From a virus (Duplodnaviria; Caudoviricetes): DNA of 64,000 nucleotides. Below the pieces are notes generated by a model that was not told where the DNA came from, made no database searches, and saw only the letters and a list, made by a program, of their open reading frames with translations. The stretch spans positions 11,954 to 75,953 of IMG/VR virus record IMGVR_UViG_3300033121_001723; one strand, written 5' to 3'. Below, in pieces: positions 27,444 to 37,382 of the stretch; position 1 is the stretch's first letter; every line of letters starts with the position of its first letter. The translations under genes were made by a program, and so were the position numbers.

Positions 27444-29090
27444 CTACTGCCCGAGGAAACTACGTGCGGACGCCAAGGCGGCCGCATTCGGATCGTACGG
27501 TGCGGGCTGCTGCTGCATCGGAGGCTGCATCGGCTGCGGGGCGTACCCGGGCGGGTACTGACCGGGCTGCTGCTGTTGATAACCCCCTTGCTGCGGCGGC
27601 TGCTGCTGCTGCGGCTGCGGCTGCTGCTGCGGCTGCTGCGGCGCCGGAGCGTTAAACACAGACCCGGCCGCTTGGACAACCGGATCTTGCGGAACACGCC
27701 GCATCGCCGGATCGGCATTCACGTCTGTCCCGAGGCCCAAGTTAGCCCAAGGATTTACCCCTGGCTGCGGCGGAGCCGAAGGAGTCGGCTGTGCCACCGG
27801 TGCGGCTGTCCCGGCCAGCGGGGGAACACCAGGATACTGACCCTGTGCCGGAGGAGGCTGGTAGCCCTGTGGTGGGTACGGCCCCTGAGCCGGAGGCTGG
27901 TAGCCCTGTGGCACGTACTGGCCTTGAGCTGGGTACTGACCCTGCGGAGAGTACTGAACCGGAGGCTGGTACCCCTGCGGAGGATACTGTCCTTGCGGTG
28001 GGTACTGGGCCTGAGATCCGGCCATCGGCACAGAAACACGAGCCCGAACGATCTTGAGCACGTCGCCTGTCAACCAATCTGGATGGTCTTGGAATGCGTA
28101 TTCGATCGCATTTCCAGGGAACACCCGCGTCAGCAACAGCACCTGCTCTTCGACACTCGGGAAGTGCAACAACTCTCGCCAAGTCTTGCTGCGGGCCCGC
28201 ATCGCAGCCTCCGCACCAGAGGCTTTGACAAAGTTGGCCGGCCACTGCCCATACATCGGCTCGATTCGAATATCGTAGCCGATTTCCTTGTCCTTCGACC
28301 CTCCGCCGCTTCCGTTGCCGGTTGCGTCAAAAGAGATCGGACCCGACGGGGCCGCTTGGGCTTGAGCCAAAGCACCCCCAGCCTGACAGAATCGGATGAA
28401 GCGTCCGGTTTCATACGAAATCGGATCACCATACCGCATGTAGGTCTCCAAGTCGTTGGGGTTGGTCGCCGCTGGATTTACCTCGTTCAGCATGGCGACC
28501 AGCTTACGACCAGTCCCACCTTTCAGCTGCAGAATGTGCAACTTGTGATCGGCACCCATCCCCCGAGGCGGGTTGAGGTACTTCTCGTTTTTGCACTCCA
28601 GCAACAGACCCTGCATGAAGTGGTAGTTGTCCGGCCTGGCCAGCTGTGTTCCCTTGGGCGAACTCTTCAGCCAGTTGTGCCAAGACTGATCCAACGCCTG
28701 ACTGGCCTTACAGGCCTGCTCGATAGCGTTGTACAGGACGTACGGCGGGCAATTCGACATGTCGAAGCCCTCGTCAGCCGCCGGGTCATACAGCAAGAAC
28801 GTTGTGAAACCGTTGACACCCCCGCTGAAGGCCGGGTAGGCCACAAGCCACTGTCCAAACTGGTCCGGCTCCCAAGCCTCATGCCCCTCGCCGGCTTCCC
28901 GGTAAGGAGAGAATGTGCCATCCTCGTGCCTGACTGGCAACGGACGGAACGTGGTGATTGTGTTGCCCCAGCTGGGACGCCACAGAGACGCTGCGACACC
29001 AGGCTTCAGCAGTTTGCTGTCGCCAGAATTGAAATTTGTGGCTCCGTGATCTGCGAAACGGTAGCCACGCCGCGGTGCGGGTGCGTTCAT
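27444..29090 (-). CDS. Putative single-stranded DNA-binding protein with a ~190-aa P/Q/Y/G-rich tail
   Basis: Lies between polA and recA; N-terminal TTFRPLP resembles phage SSB starts; low-complexity tail. Confidence 0.55.
   Translation of the reverse strand: MNAPAPRRGYRFADHGATNFNSGDSKLLKPGVAASLWRPSWGNTITTFRPLPVRHEDGTFSPYREAGEGHEAWEPDQFGQWLVAYPAFSGGVNGFTTFLLYDPAADEGFDMSNCPPYVLYNAIEQACKASQALDQSWHNWLKSSPKGTQLARPDNYHFMQGLLLECKNEKYLNPPRGMGADHKLHILQLKGGTGRKLVAMLNEVNPAATNPNDLETYMRYGDPISYETGRFIRFCQAGGALAQAQAAPSGPISFDATGNGSGGGSKDKEIGYDIRIEPMYGQWPANFVKASGAEAAMRARSKTWRELLHFPSVEEQVLLLTRVFPGNAIEYAFQDHPDWLTGDVLKIVRARVSVPMAGSQAQYPPQGQYPPQGYQPPVQYSPQGQYPAQGQYVPQGYQPPAQGPYPPQGYQPPPAQGQYPGVPPLAGTAAPVAQPTPSAPPQPGVNPWANLGLGTDVNADPAMRRVPQDPVVQAAGSVFNAPAPQQPQQQPQPQQQQPPQQGGYQQQQPGQYPPGYAPQPMQPPMQQQPAPYDPNAAALASARSFLGQ
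27831..28012 (-). repeat. Coding degenerate tandem repeats (QGQYPP / QGYQPP)
   Basis: About ten imperfect 18-21 nt units. Confidence 0.85.
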
Positions 29091-29207
29091 CGACTTCCTA
29101 TCTTCAAAAAACTTCGGAAACTCTTACCGCGACGACATTGCCGCGATAATCAGATTGTCACAATCGCAAGCACTAAACGCAAGCGACCTGACCCACTTCC
29201 GTAACAC

Positions 29208-32200
29208 CTACGCGACAGCCAGTTTGTGCAGCAAATCTATAACTGTGCCATCATTTTTCGGATCTTCCAGCAGCTGCGTAATCTTCGGATGGTCTGCACC
29301 CATCTTGGCTTCACAGACATCATCGATCGACTCACCGGCTCTGTAACCGATCTCGCGACTACCCTGCAGGTGGTACGGTTCCAGCAGTGGCAGCCGGTGC
29401 CCATCAAAATCGCAGGGCCAGATATCGACCCCGTTGAACATACACTCCGGGAATACGGTCCGGTAAACCTCTGGAACATGTTCGTACGGAACCGCCAACC
29501 GGATGGCGTCGTGGATCTGCAGCGAGAACTTGAACAGGTTCGGGTTTCCCCGTCGTTCCCGGTACTCGTACATATTTCCAAGTGCTGTCCAGACAGAGTC
29601 GGCAACTAGGTTCTGAATTCGAAAATTCTTCGCTTGGCGTTCCTGATCTGACCGCACTTTTTCGTCGTCGGTCCATGGAAACCGCCTGCGGCGTCCAAAC
29701 ACACCACACAGGTGCCCGGGCTCGTACACCCGTTTCACACACTCGTCCAGCTGCTCCTTGACCGCTGGATACCGCTCAAAATAGTAATCGATGATCGCCT
29801 GAGCTTCTGCCTCGGTACATGGTGTCCCTTCCGCCAGGCAGGCCATCGCAATCGCTTGGGCACTGATCCCGTACGGAGTTCCGAACACTACACCCTTGGC
29901 AGCGGTACGCAAGGACGACTTGTTGAGCTTCTTCAAGGCTTTCTTCGTAGGCTCACACTGCAGCTTGAACGCACGAACCGCCATCATCGAATGGATGTCT
30001 TGGTACTCCGGATGATTTTCCGGAAGCAGATTTCGCCGTACGTCGTCCATCCCCTGCGGGTCCTGAGACAACCACATGATCCCGGCAATTTCCGCACCGG
30101 TATAATCCGACTCCATGAACACGTGACCGGCCGGAGGGATGAATATCGACTTCACCGACACCGTGTACAACGGCTCAGGGAACAGCCGGATGTAGCTACC
30201 GCGGTGAACAGGCCCTTCGCTTGACTCTTCCAAGTAGCCCATGATTAACCGGTAGTTGTCTTCACGCCGCGAACTGATCGCCTGCAGGTTCGGCTTCGAC
30301 ATCGAGCCGCGGCCTGTTTCCTTATCCTGCCGCTGTCGCCCATGCACACGGCCGTCGGAACTCAAATAGGACAGAAGTCCCTTTTCGTAGACGAACTCCC
30401 CGTCTTCGTCGACTTGGTAATCCCCGGTGTTCTTATCGATGTCTGGTCGTCGCAACGTTGTGGTCAACATCTGTCCTAAGAAGCGAGTGTCTCGCAACTG
30501 TGAGGCCACAAGGCTCCGTTCGGACAGGATTCCCAGCACCGTCTTGTCTGTCGACGGTGAAAACGAATCTTCCAGTCCGTCAGCTTCGATACGCGACCAG
30601 AGTTTCTTTCTCTTACCTGTCGTCAGCACAGGTTTCAGGTTCTGACTGACAGCCCCTTCCGGCAGCAGATATATCCATTGCTGCTCGGCAAATGACCCGT
30701 TCGGCGGGTTCTCCTTGTGGTACTTGTTGATCTTGGTGTTTGCCGCTTTCCACTGCTGGAAAACCTTTTTCATTTCCTTCGGCACGTAGTCCTTGTGTGG
30801 CTTACCGACATCGTCCGGCATGTAAGGCATCAACTGGGCTTCCAGTTCTTGCCGTTCTGCGTCAAACGGTGTCGGCCGCATGGCCAGGATTCTTTTGGCC
30901 CCTTCGGCAGGCGTCTCACCGTCCAGCAGCCGAAACGACGGATAACCAGGTGGTGCCATTTTCTTGGCGAACTTGTCTCCAAACAGCATCGCCCGACACT
31001 GACTATCGGACGCCGGGTTGAACGTAGGCCAATTCAGCTGCACCCGCAGGTCCGCAATTAGCTGATTCCTGACAAAGGTGAACTTGGTGGCCAACTCGGC
31101 GATGCGGACAGGATCTGGTACTACCCCCTCCATCTCCATCTCTAGGACCGCCAATGATGCCCTATGATTCCTCCAGTACGGCTCGCGGCAGTCGTGTCCG
31201 TTGCTGTCCTTCTCGACGATCTTCGAGAGCGTGTCGCATATTCTCCATGTCACGTCGGCGTCGTAACAGTTCGAGACAAACCCCGCCTTTGTCAGAAAAT
31301 TTCCGGCCCCTTCTACTGTTAAACAGTACCGCACCCCGAGTCCCCGCCGAACCTGGGCTGCCTGGTCTAAGGCTACGACTTCCAGCACTTCCTCGCAGAA
31401 GTAGTCCGCTCCGTGCCGGATTTCGTAAGGCTTCCGGCTGGGCTTCAACATCTTATAGCTCATCGCCGGATGACCATACCGTTCCACTAGGTTTTGCAAC
31501 CCTTGGAAGGCGGCACCGACAAACTGTATAAACCGTCCCGGTGTATTGTAGGTCACGCCTGGTCCGAGCCGTGCCGACAGCCAGTCCAAAACCAGCACCT
31601 GCTCCTCGGCGTCTATTACCGCCGCGATTCTCGCACTCGGCGACTGTCGCTCGCACCCGACGAGGGTTCCGTCATCTTGGTACCATACCGCCAGCCCGAT
31701 ATCACCCAGGTTGGCTAACACCTCCTTCGTGATCCGTAGTTTCCGGTGCCCGTGCTCGGCCTCCGGCTTGGTTGGGAATCTGTCCGCCAAGTATCTGAAA
31801 TACTTCCCATACGGAGTTTCGTACCGACGCTGCCGGCTCCTGACCCTAAGCTTCGGCTTGTGTGTCGAAAAACATGCGGCCTTCCAGTCCGCATATTCCG
31901 CCACGGCGTTACGTTGTCCGAACCCGAATCCAACAGACTTGCCGTTCTGGTGCTGCAGCCCTCCGTCTCCTAGCAAGCAGGCCAGGAAAACACTCAGCTG
32001 ATCGCTAGAAAACTCAAGCTCGTCTGTTCGAATACGGTCTCCAGGCTGGAGCCGGTCGATCCGGCACTTGCCCCGTTGCGTCAAAATCTTGTGATCCGGA
32101 GTGAACACCGGACCCATTAAACCGTGCCGGCCCTGTGGCGTAGTTGCAGTACGTAACCGTACCCAATTTTTTTGCCCGACGTCGTTCCTGTGCCAGCCGA

Positions 32201-33785
32201 CAACTGAGGCGTCGATAACGTCGCCGCAGGGCCCGTAGGCCTTTACTTGGCCGCCGTACTTCTCTTTAACCAACACGTCTATGGCCCGCCACGAGCCGTC
32301 AGACAATTGCACCAAGCTGCCTTTCTGCAGGCAGGCGTAGCTGTAGAACTCGGGTTCGTCCCAGTCTCCAAACCCTTCGAGCTCGTCCTCCTCCAGTCCG
32401 TTCTTTAGACAATAGGCTTTCTTCCAGCGTTCCAACTTCACTTCATACGGCGGGGCCGTGGTGTACTTCGACCGTAATGCTTCCAGGCCGAACGGACCGG
32501 TCTCATTGACGGCGTGCTCCATCAAGTTGGTTTCCCAGCCTGATCCCGGCTTGAACACGTCTGCCGGAGCCGGTCCCGGCTTGTAATACGGCCGCAGATC
32601 AATGCCGGCCTTCAGCAGGAACCACGGAGTATCCGACCGAAGAAAGTGCCCGCCGATCCGGGCTCCCGGCTGCGTAACTAACCGGGAAATCTGCCGGTAT
32701 GCCGCCTCCGGACTCGGAGTAAAGGCAGGCTGACCGCCCGGGTGGGTCAACTTGACACAGACCGCAAACTTGGCTTTGTGGCTGAACTGGATGGTTCGCA
32801 AGTACGAACCCGGGTCCCACGGGTTTCGACCATGCCACTCGGCATCAAGGGCTCTGACCAGGGACGATGGATTTGGATCAGCCAGAATCTCGTCGACAAT
32901 CTGTGCCAGCTCTGCCTCGTTGTCGACGACACGGTGGTCCACGTCTGTCTCGTCTCCTCCGATGTCGTCGCCGCACAGCAGTCGCCAGAACAGTGCTAAT
33001 CCGCTGTTCAGTTCTCCCGCCATCTCGGGTTTGTTGTAGACCTGAGCAGGATGCAGGACGGCCATGACTTGGGCTGTGCCAAACTCATTCTCGCCGATCT
33101 GGTAGGTGAACTGCTCGACTCGGCCTCGCATGGCCTTCAGCGTCAGTCCTGTCAGCTCACGACAGGTGTCCGCCCCGAGACACAGGATGTACTTGGGCCG
33201 GACCAGTCTGAGTTCTTGGTGCAGTAGCGGAGCACAGTCCTCGATCAGCGTTGTAGACATCTTGGAGGCATTCTGATCGGGCGGTCGAAACCGTACGAGA
33301 TTTGTCAGATACCAAGATTCTCTGGCAGTCTCGTCGATTCCGAGCTGTCCGCAGGTTCTCCAGAACAACTCGCTGGTAGGACCTTGAAAATTCAATCCCT
33401 GCTCTTCTTCTTCGGCCCCCGGGTGTTTCCCGATAACCATCACAGGGCACGGGTGGATCTCCCCGGGTGTCCAGTTATACCTGTGTCCCCGCAGAAACTT
33501 ACAGGACACGTTTTTGTTACCCACCGGTATCGGTAAGGCAAAATCGTCGCTGTACAAGGCTTGAAAATGGAGCAGGGATAGCAGCGGACCCGGCTTCACC
33601 AAACGCCGGCTTCTCCCGACCCCATCGTACGTCGACACGTCTCCCAGCTGCTCGGCGTGTGCCGCAAAATGCGGGCCTGGTAAAGGCATTCCTGCGGACT
33701 CCAGGGGGTAGAACGGAGCCCCGGGCACATCTAAAACGCCTGTCGTCAACAACTGCCGGTAGACCGTCTCATCCAATGGATACAA
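29208..33785 (-). CDS. polA: Family A DNA polymerase with N-terminal family-4 UDG-like domain, 3'-5' exonuclease and an intein
   Basis: GKHPG/TNLVRFRPP/LHPA (UDG-like); DAEW, GHFLRSD, YA^CYDAD (exo); SDYTGAE (motif A), RTAAKGVVFGTPYG (motif B), IHDA (motif C); GGAGGTG RBS, TTG start. Confidence 0.92.
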   Translation of the reverse strand: MYPLDETVYRQLLTTGVLDVPGAPFYPLESAGMPLPGPHFAAHAEQLGDVSTYDGVGRSRRLVKPGPLLSLLHFQALYSDDFALPIPVGNKNVSCKFLRGHRYNWTPGEIHPCPVMVIGKHPGAEEEEQGLNFQGPTSELFWRTCGQLGIDETARESWYLTNLVRFRPPDQNASKMSTTLIEDCAPLLHQELRLVRPKYILCLGADTCRELTGLTLKAMRGRVEQFTYQIGENEFGTAQVMAVLHPAQVYNKPEMAGELNSGLALFWRLLCGDDIGGDETDVDHRVVDNEAELAQIVDEILADPNPSSLVRALDAEWHGRNPWDPGSYLRTIQFSHKAKFAVCVKLTHPGGQPAFTPSPEAAYRQISRLVTQPGARIGGHFLRSDTPWFLLKAGIDLRPYYKPGPAPADVFKPGSGWETNLMEHAVNETGPFGLEALRSKYTTAPPYEVKLERWKKAYCLKNGLEEDELEGFGDWDEPEFYSYACLQKGSLVQLSDGSWRAIDVLVKEKYGGQVKAYGPCGDVIDASVVGWHRNDVGQKNWVRLRTATTPQGRHGLMGPVFTPDHKILTQRGKCRIDRLQPGDRIRTDELEFSSDQLSVFLACLLGDGGLQHQNGKSVGFGFGQRNAVAEYADWKAACFSTHKPKLRVRSRQRRYETPYGKYFRYLADRFPTKPEAEHGHRKLRITKEVLANLGDIGLAVWYQDDGTLVGCERQSPSARIAAVIDAEEQVLVLDWLSARLGPGVTYNTPGRFIQFVGAAFQGLQNLVERYGHPAMSYKMLKPSRKPYEIRHGADYFCEEVLEVVALDQAAQVRRGLGVRYCLTVEGAGNFLTKAGFVSNCYDADVTWRICDTLSKIVEKDSNGHDCREPYWRNHRASLAVLEMEMEGVVPDPVRIAELATKFTFVRNQLIADLRVQLNWPTFNPASDSQCRAMLFGDKFAKKMAPPGYPSFRLLDGETPAEGAKRILAMRPTPFDAERQELEAQLMPYMPDDVGKPHKDYVPKEMKKVFQQWKAANTKINKYHKENPPNGSFAEQQWIYLLPEGAVSQNLKPVLTTGKRKKLWSRIEADGLEDSFSPSTDKTVLGILSERSLVASQLRDTRFLGQMLTTTLRRPDIDKNTGDYQVDEDGEFVYEKGLLSYLSSDGRVHGRQRQDKETGRGSMSKPNLQAISSRREDNYRLIMGYLEESSEGPVHRGSYIRLFPEPLYTVSVKSIFIPPAGHVFMESDYTGAEIAGIMWLSQDPQGMDDVRRNLLPENHPEYQDIHSMMAVRAFKLQCEPTKKALKKLNKSSLRTAAKGVVFGTPYGISAQAIAMACLAEGTPCTEAEAQAIIDYYFERYPAVKEQLDECVKRVYEPGHLCGVFGRRRRFPWTDDEKVRSDQERQAKNFRIQNLVADSVWTALGNMYEYRERRGNPNLFKFSLQIHDAIRLAVPYEHVPEVYRTVFPECMFNGVDIWPCDFDGHRLPLLEPYHLQGSREIGYRAGESIDDVCEAKMGADHPKITQLLEDPKNDGTVIDLLHKLAVA
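31269..32333 (-). mobile_element. Intein (355 aa) with LAGLIDADG homing endonuclease
   Basis: Starts CLQKGSLVQL, ends YCLTVEGAGNFLTKAGFVSN, +1 Cys; FLACLLGDG and LAVWYQDDG motifs; removal restores YACYDADVT. Confidence 0.92.
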
Positions 33786-33796
33786 GCAACACCTCC

Positions 33797-33810
33797 AATT
33801 TCCAGAAATT
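33797..33810. promoter_or_regulatory. Palindromic site AATTTCCAGAAATT (copy 6)
   Basis: Directly abuts the GGAGGTG RBS of polA. Confidence 0.75.
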
Positions 33811-33864
33811 GACCCGACTCGCCCCTACCCCCGGTTATCACGACTCCGGGTAGTCTGTTCAGTG

Positions 33865-34540
33865 TCACTGGCCCCACTGTTGGGCCATCGCCGCAGCAAT
33901 CCCACGATAGGTCAAAGACCGTATCGCTCCACGGTCTTTTGTTGGAGGCAGCTTATTTTGACCACTGTCGGTCTGATTTGACCACCGCTCCACGAGTTTT
34001 CCTGTTCGCGGATCTTTGACAATCCGCCCTTGAATTCTCTTGGTCGGCTGCAAACAGGGCACCCCGTTTAACCACAGGGCGGTGCCCTTACTGGCGTCTT
34101 CTCCGAAATCATACGGCTGCACGATCTGGTCTGGAGGCCTCCATTCCGTGGATAACACCCCCGTCGGGTTCTCGATCACCGTTTTCGGTATGCCGCAGTC
34201 CCCGGAGTCTGTAGACAAACTCCAGTGCCTGCTCCCTTGCCTCCCGTCTGACAGACCCGGTCAGTGTCCCAGGCTTCACCTTTTGGTGATAACCCACTCC
34301 GGGATACCGCTCGAAGTCCGGGTCCTTGTAGGCCCACTCCGCTGAACACGTCAGATACGTACACGTCGGGTGGAATATCCCCAAATCCCAATCCCGGTCC
34401 AATACCGTCAAGACGTCAACTTGCAAATGCTGCCCTCCTGTGGGGCAGGGCAGCAGATCGCAAGACCACGCGTCGTGCCCGAGTTTTGCAAACTCGTCTC
34501 GAACACGACCTGAACATTCACAACCCACTAGAACTCGCAT
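33865..34540 (-). pseudogene. Frameshifted small DNA-cytosine-methyltransferase-like gene
   Basis: MRVLVGCECSG...HPTCTYL in one frame and IENP...QPYDFG...KGTALWL...RSLTYRGIAAAMAQQWG in another; one extra base in the C4 run at 34200-34203. Confidence 0.75.
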
Positions 34541-34546
34541 CGGCGT

Positions 34547-35686
34547 TCACTCTGTGTCCCGCAATGCCCGGCGGATAATGGACTGGCCCGGTGTGGTCTG
34601 TTTCAGACTGTTGACCGGCTCGTTCCACCCCCGTTCGACCAAAGCCTTGGTTATCAAACTCCACAACGCGTCCGGCTGATAATCGTCCGGTTTAACACCG
34701 TCCGGCATCCGGATAATGATTGAATGGTTTGGGGCGCATGCCTGCAGCATGCGTACCGCTTGAGCTGCTTTGTCTCGCCCCGACTGCGGGTTAACCCGCC
34801 AGGTATCGCCGTCTAGCAGACTCACCACAAATCCCTCGCGGGACAACTCCGACAACAGCTCCGCTTGCGGACTACTGATACTCGACCCGAAACACGATAC
34901 GAATTGAGGTCCGAAAGTCCACGTCGTTGTCACACCCTCGACCAAGCAGACAATCTTGTATTTCTTGGCTGCGTCGAAGTTGTACAGGTATTCAGACTTT
35001 GAAAACTGATTGGAATTGTAGTACTTCTGGACCCTGAACCGTTTCCAGTCCAAATCACCAACGTACCGGCCCTGCCAGCCCACGCAGATCCCGTTCGAAT
35101 ACACAGGTATAACAATCCGACCCTGCATCGCCGGATACTGTTCTGCCGCCTCTTCGCAATAGCCGACAGAGTACTTGTCCGACAGCTCACGAATGTTGTA
35201 CCCACGAATCCCCAGGTACTGGACAGCTGGGTGTGTCAAAGGCAGGTCGCCGATCGGAATCACGGCCCCCGGTGGATCGACAGCTCCCGCCACTCTGGTG
35301 GACTGTTTTACACCTTTTCTGATATTCGACACGCACCGGATCTGGTGTGGCATCGCCCCGTAAATCTCGTAGTCGAGCTGGGCCGTTCTCCCGGGGTTTC
35401 TCTGGTAGCAATACTCATTGTTGCAATGCAACAAGTTTTTGTGGCGGCTCTTGGCCTCCGGGTCCCACATCCCCCACAGATAACTCACCCAAAGCCTGCG
35501 TCTCGTGTCGCCGCACCATGGGCAATTAACCCGGTAGTACTCGCCGCCTCTGTACTTTACTTGGGGGCCAGACAGCGTTAATTCCGGGTACGGAACAGCC
35601 TCGATGCCAGCGTTGGCTACTTGCACGTCTCCGAACCGTTGCAACAGCCGTCCGTACAACAGCTCGTTTAACGGTCGACCTATCAT
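34547..35686 (-). CDS. DnaG-type DNA primase
   Basis: CPWCGD...HCNNEYC zinc finger; GRIVIPV, VGWQGR, KYYN; TOPRIM LVEG and LLDGD. Confidence 0.88.
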   Translation of the reverse strand: MIGRPLNELLYGRLLQRFGDVQVANAGIEAVPYPELTLSGPQVKYRGGEYYRVNCPWCGDTRRRLWVSYLWGMWDPEAKSRHKNLLHCNNEYCYQRNPGRTAQLDYEIYGAMPHQIRCVSNIRKGVKQSTRVAGAVDPPGAVIPIGDLPLTHPAVQYLGIRGYNIRELSDKYSVGYCEEAAEQYPAMQGRIVIPVYSNGICVGWQGRYVGDLDWKRFRVQKYYNSNQFSKSEYLYNFDAAKKYKIVCLVEGVTTTWTFGPQFVSCFGSSISSPQAELLSELSREGFVVSLLDGDTWRVNPQSGRDKAAQAVRMLQACAPNHSIIIRMPDGVKPDDYQPDALWSLITKALVERGWNEPVNSLKQTTPGQSIIRRALRDTE

Positions 35687-35714
35687 TTTTACCCCCTCTC
35701 ACATCACTTGGAGG

Positions 35715-37382
35715 TTAAAGAGTCACAACCACAGCAGGCTGCTGCAACACCGCCGCCAGAGAACCTTCACTGGCTTCCGTGTCATACTGTTCATCGTCTC
35801 CCGACTGCACTTGATTGAGGTGGCTGGCCAACTCGATCCGTCGCCGGTTGTAGTTGATGGCGAACTTCTTGCCGCCGTCTTCCATGCGAGCCATGGCCCC
35901 GTTGATATAGAGGATCTTCGGCTCCGGTAGTCCGGCCGACCGCCGGGTTTTGCTGAAGTTCAGCAGAGTACAGCTGCTGCCTTTGTCCTTGGTGCCTAGG
36001 CAGGCGCAGTAAGTCAGGGGTGCCGCGAACGCCGAACTCTCAGCAGCCTGCGTATGACTTGTCACACGCGTTGGATCTCCCTTATTCCCTTCATTGTTCA
36101 ACTGGTGGAGCAGCCACACCGGTGTGTTGAATTTACCGGCCACGATCAGCCGGCAACGATCCACATAGCTGGCAACCGCATGTCGCTTATGCTTGGTCTC
36201 GTCCAAGCTCTCTTTGGCCAGCCAGCGATTCACCGCCAACAGGACATAATCTATGATCACATTGGCAACCCCGGGGTTACCACGTCGCTGCTGATCCAGT
36301 TCGATCAGTGCGGCCACTTCCTCGATAAACCCGTCACCGGTACGGCTCTCCCGTGTGACCCCTGACAGATCGATAATCTGGATGATGTCCCGAAGTAGGG
36401 TTTGCTGCCCCATCAGTCTCTCATACTCGCCTGCCTGTACGGTACTTTGAGCATCAGTACCGAACCTGTCGGCATGGATCGCCCGTTCGTAAGGTTGGTA
36501 GTCACCTCTCAGACATGATGACAACTGCTCTGCGGGCTTGGATACCTCTGCCAAACGTCGCGTCAGAATGCTGGCGGCATTAGCCCGCAGCAAAATCTGG
36601 ATATCAGACAGCGGCTGCTCGTATGTCACCACATACACAATCTTGAACGGCGTTAGCGGCTGTCCGGCAGATTTTTGAGCGTCCCTTTTCGCCAGTTGAA
36701 CCCGGCCACTGCCGACAGCCAATGTCACAGCCATAGTCGTCTTACCGACACCCATCGGACCCAACAGCCCGTTGACGTCACCCGGCGCTGCCCCGCCTTC
36801 CATGAAGACATCGAAGAACGGGACTCCCGTGCTTTCAACAAACCTCTGGACAGACTGCTCTGTCCAGTTGTCGGGCAGTGCAGACTGCACCGGGAACTTG
36901 TCGACCTGCAGGATGTGCTGGTATCTCGCCGAAGCCTCAGCCAGCAACTCCGGCAGTTCTGGTGTGTTTCCATTGGCCAGCGACGCAGCCAGCGGAGCGT
37001 ACACGTAACGTTCCCGGAGAAACTGCCTCACGTACTCGCGAGTTATGCCGATCTCCAGCTCGGCCACCTTGACCCCATAGAACGCATAGACAAGGAGCCC
37101 AGGCCGCTCCCCCTCTGCCAGCAGTTCGAACAGGAGTTGCTCCGGAAATCCGGTAAGCTCTGAGGCGGTCTTCATGACCGTATCCGCGATGCTGGAGAAT
37201 GTCAGAGACCCGTACCGGTTGAACACATCCAGAGCGGACTTCCAAAGCAGCGCGTAGTGCTGCTCGTCTGGCAACTGGAAATGCTCAACACGGAGTAACC
37301 CGGCGGCCTCTTGGAACGCCGCCGGAGTGCGCAGCAACCGCACCAGCATCGCTTCAATCATGGCGGATGTGAACTGCGTCAT
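35715..37382 (-). CDS. DnaB-like replicative helicase
   Basis: GPMGVGKT, VTYEQ, IIDYV, LHQLN, KTRR. Confidence 0.85.
   Translation of the reverse strand: MTQFTSAMIEAMLVRLLRTPAAFQEAAGLLRVEHFQLPDEQHYALLWKSALDVFNRYGSLTFSSIADTVMKTASELTGFPEQLLFELLAEGERPGLLVYAFYGVKVAELEIGITREYVRQFLRERYVYAPLAASLANGNTPELPELLAEASARYQHILQVDKFPVQSALPDNWTEQSVQRFVESTGVPFFDVFMEGGAAPGDVNGLLGPMGVGKTTMAVTLAVGSGRVQLAKRDAQKSAGQPLTPFKIVYVVTYEQPLSDIQILLRANAASILTRRLAEVSKPAEQLSSCLRGDYQPYERAIHADRFGTDAQSTVQAGEYERLMGQQTLLRDIIQIIDLSGVTRESRTGDGFIEEVAALIELDQQRRGNPGVANVIIDYVLLAVNRWLAKESLDETKHKRHAVASYVDRCRLIVAGKFNTPVWLLHQLNNEGNKGDPTRVTSHTQAAESSAFAAPLTYCACLGTKDKGSSCTLLNFSKTRRSAGLPEPKILYINGAMARMEDGGKKFAINYNRRRIELASHLNQVQSGDDEQYDTEASEGSLAAVLQQPAVVVTL

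Noticed and set aside
27576-29204. 542-aa plus-strand ORF
   Set aside because: Antisense shadow of the low-complexity SSB-like gene; no motifs or RBS.
29208-33785. Uracil- or hydroxymethyluracil-substituted genome implied by the SPO1-like polymerase
   Set aside because: ThyX and Tmk point to normal dTTP synthesis, and no dCMP deaminase or hydroxymethylase is visible in the window.
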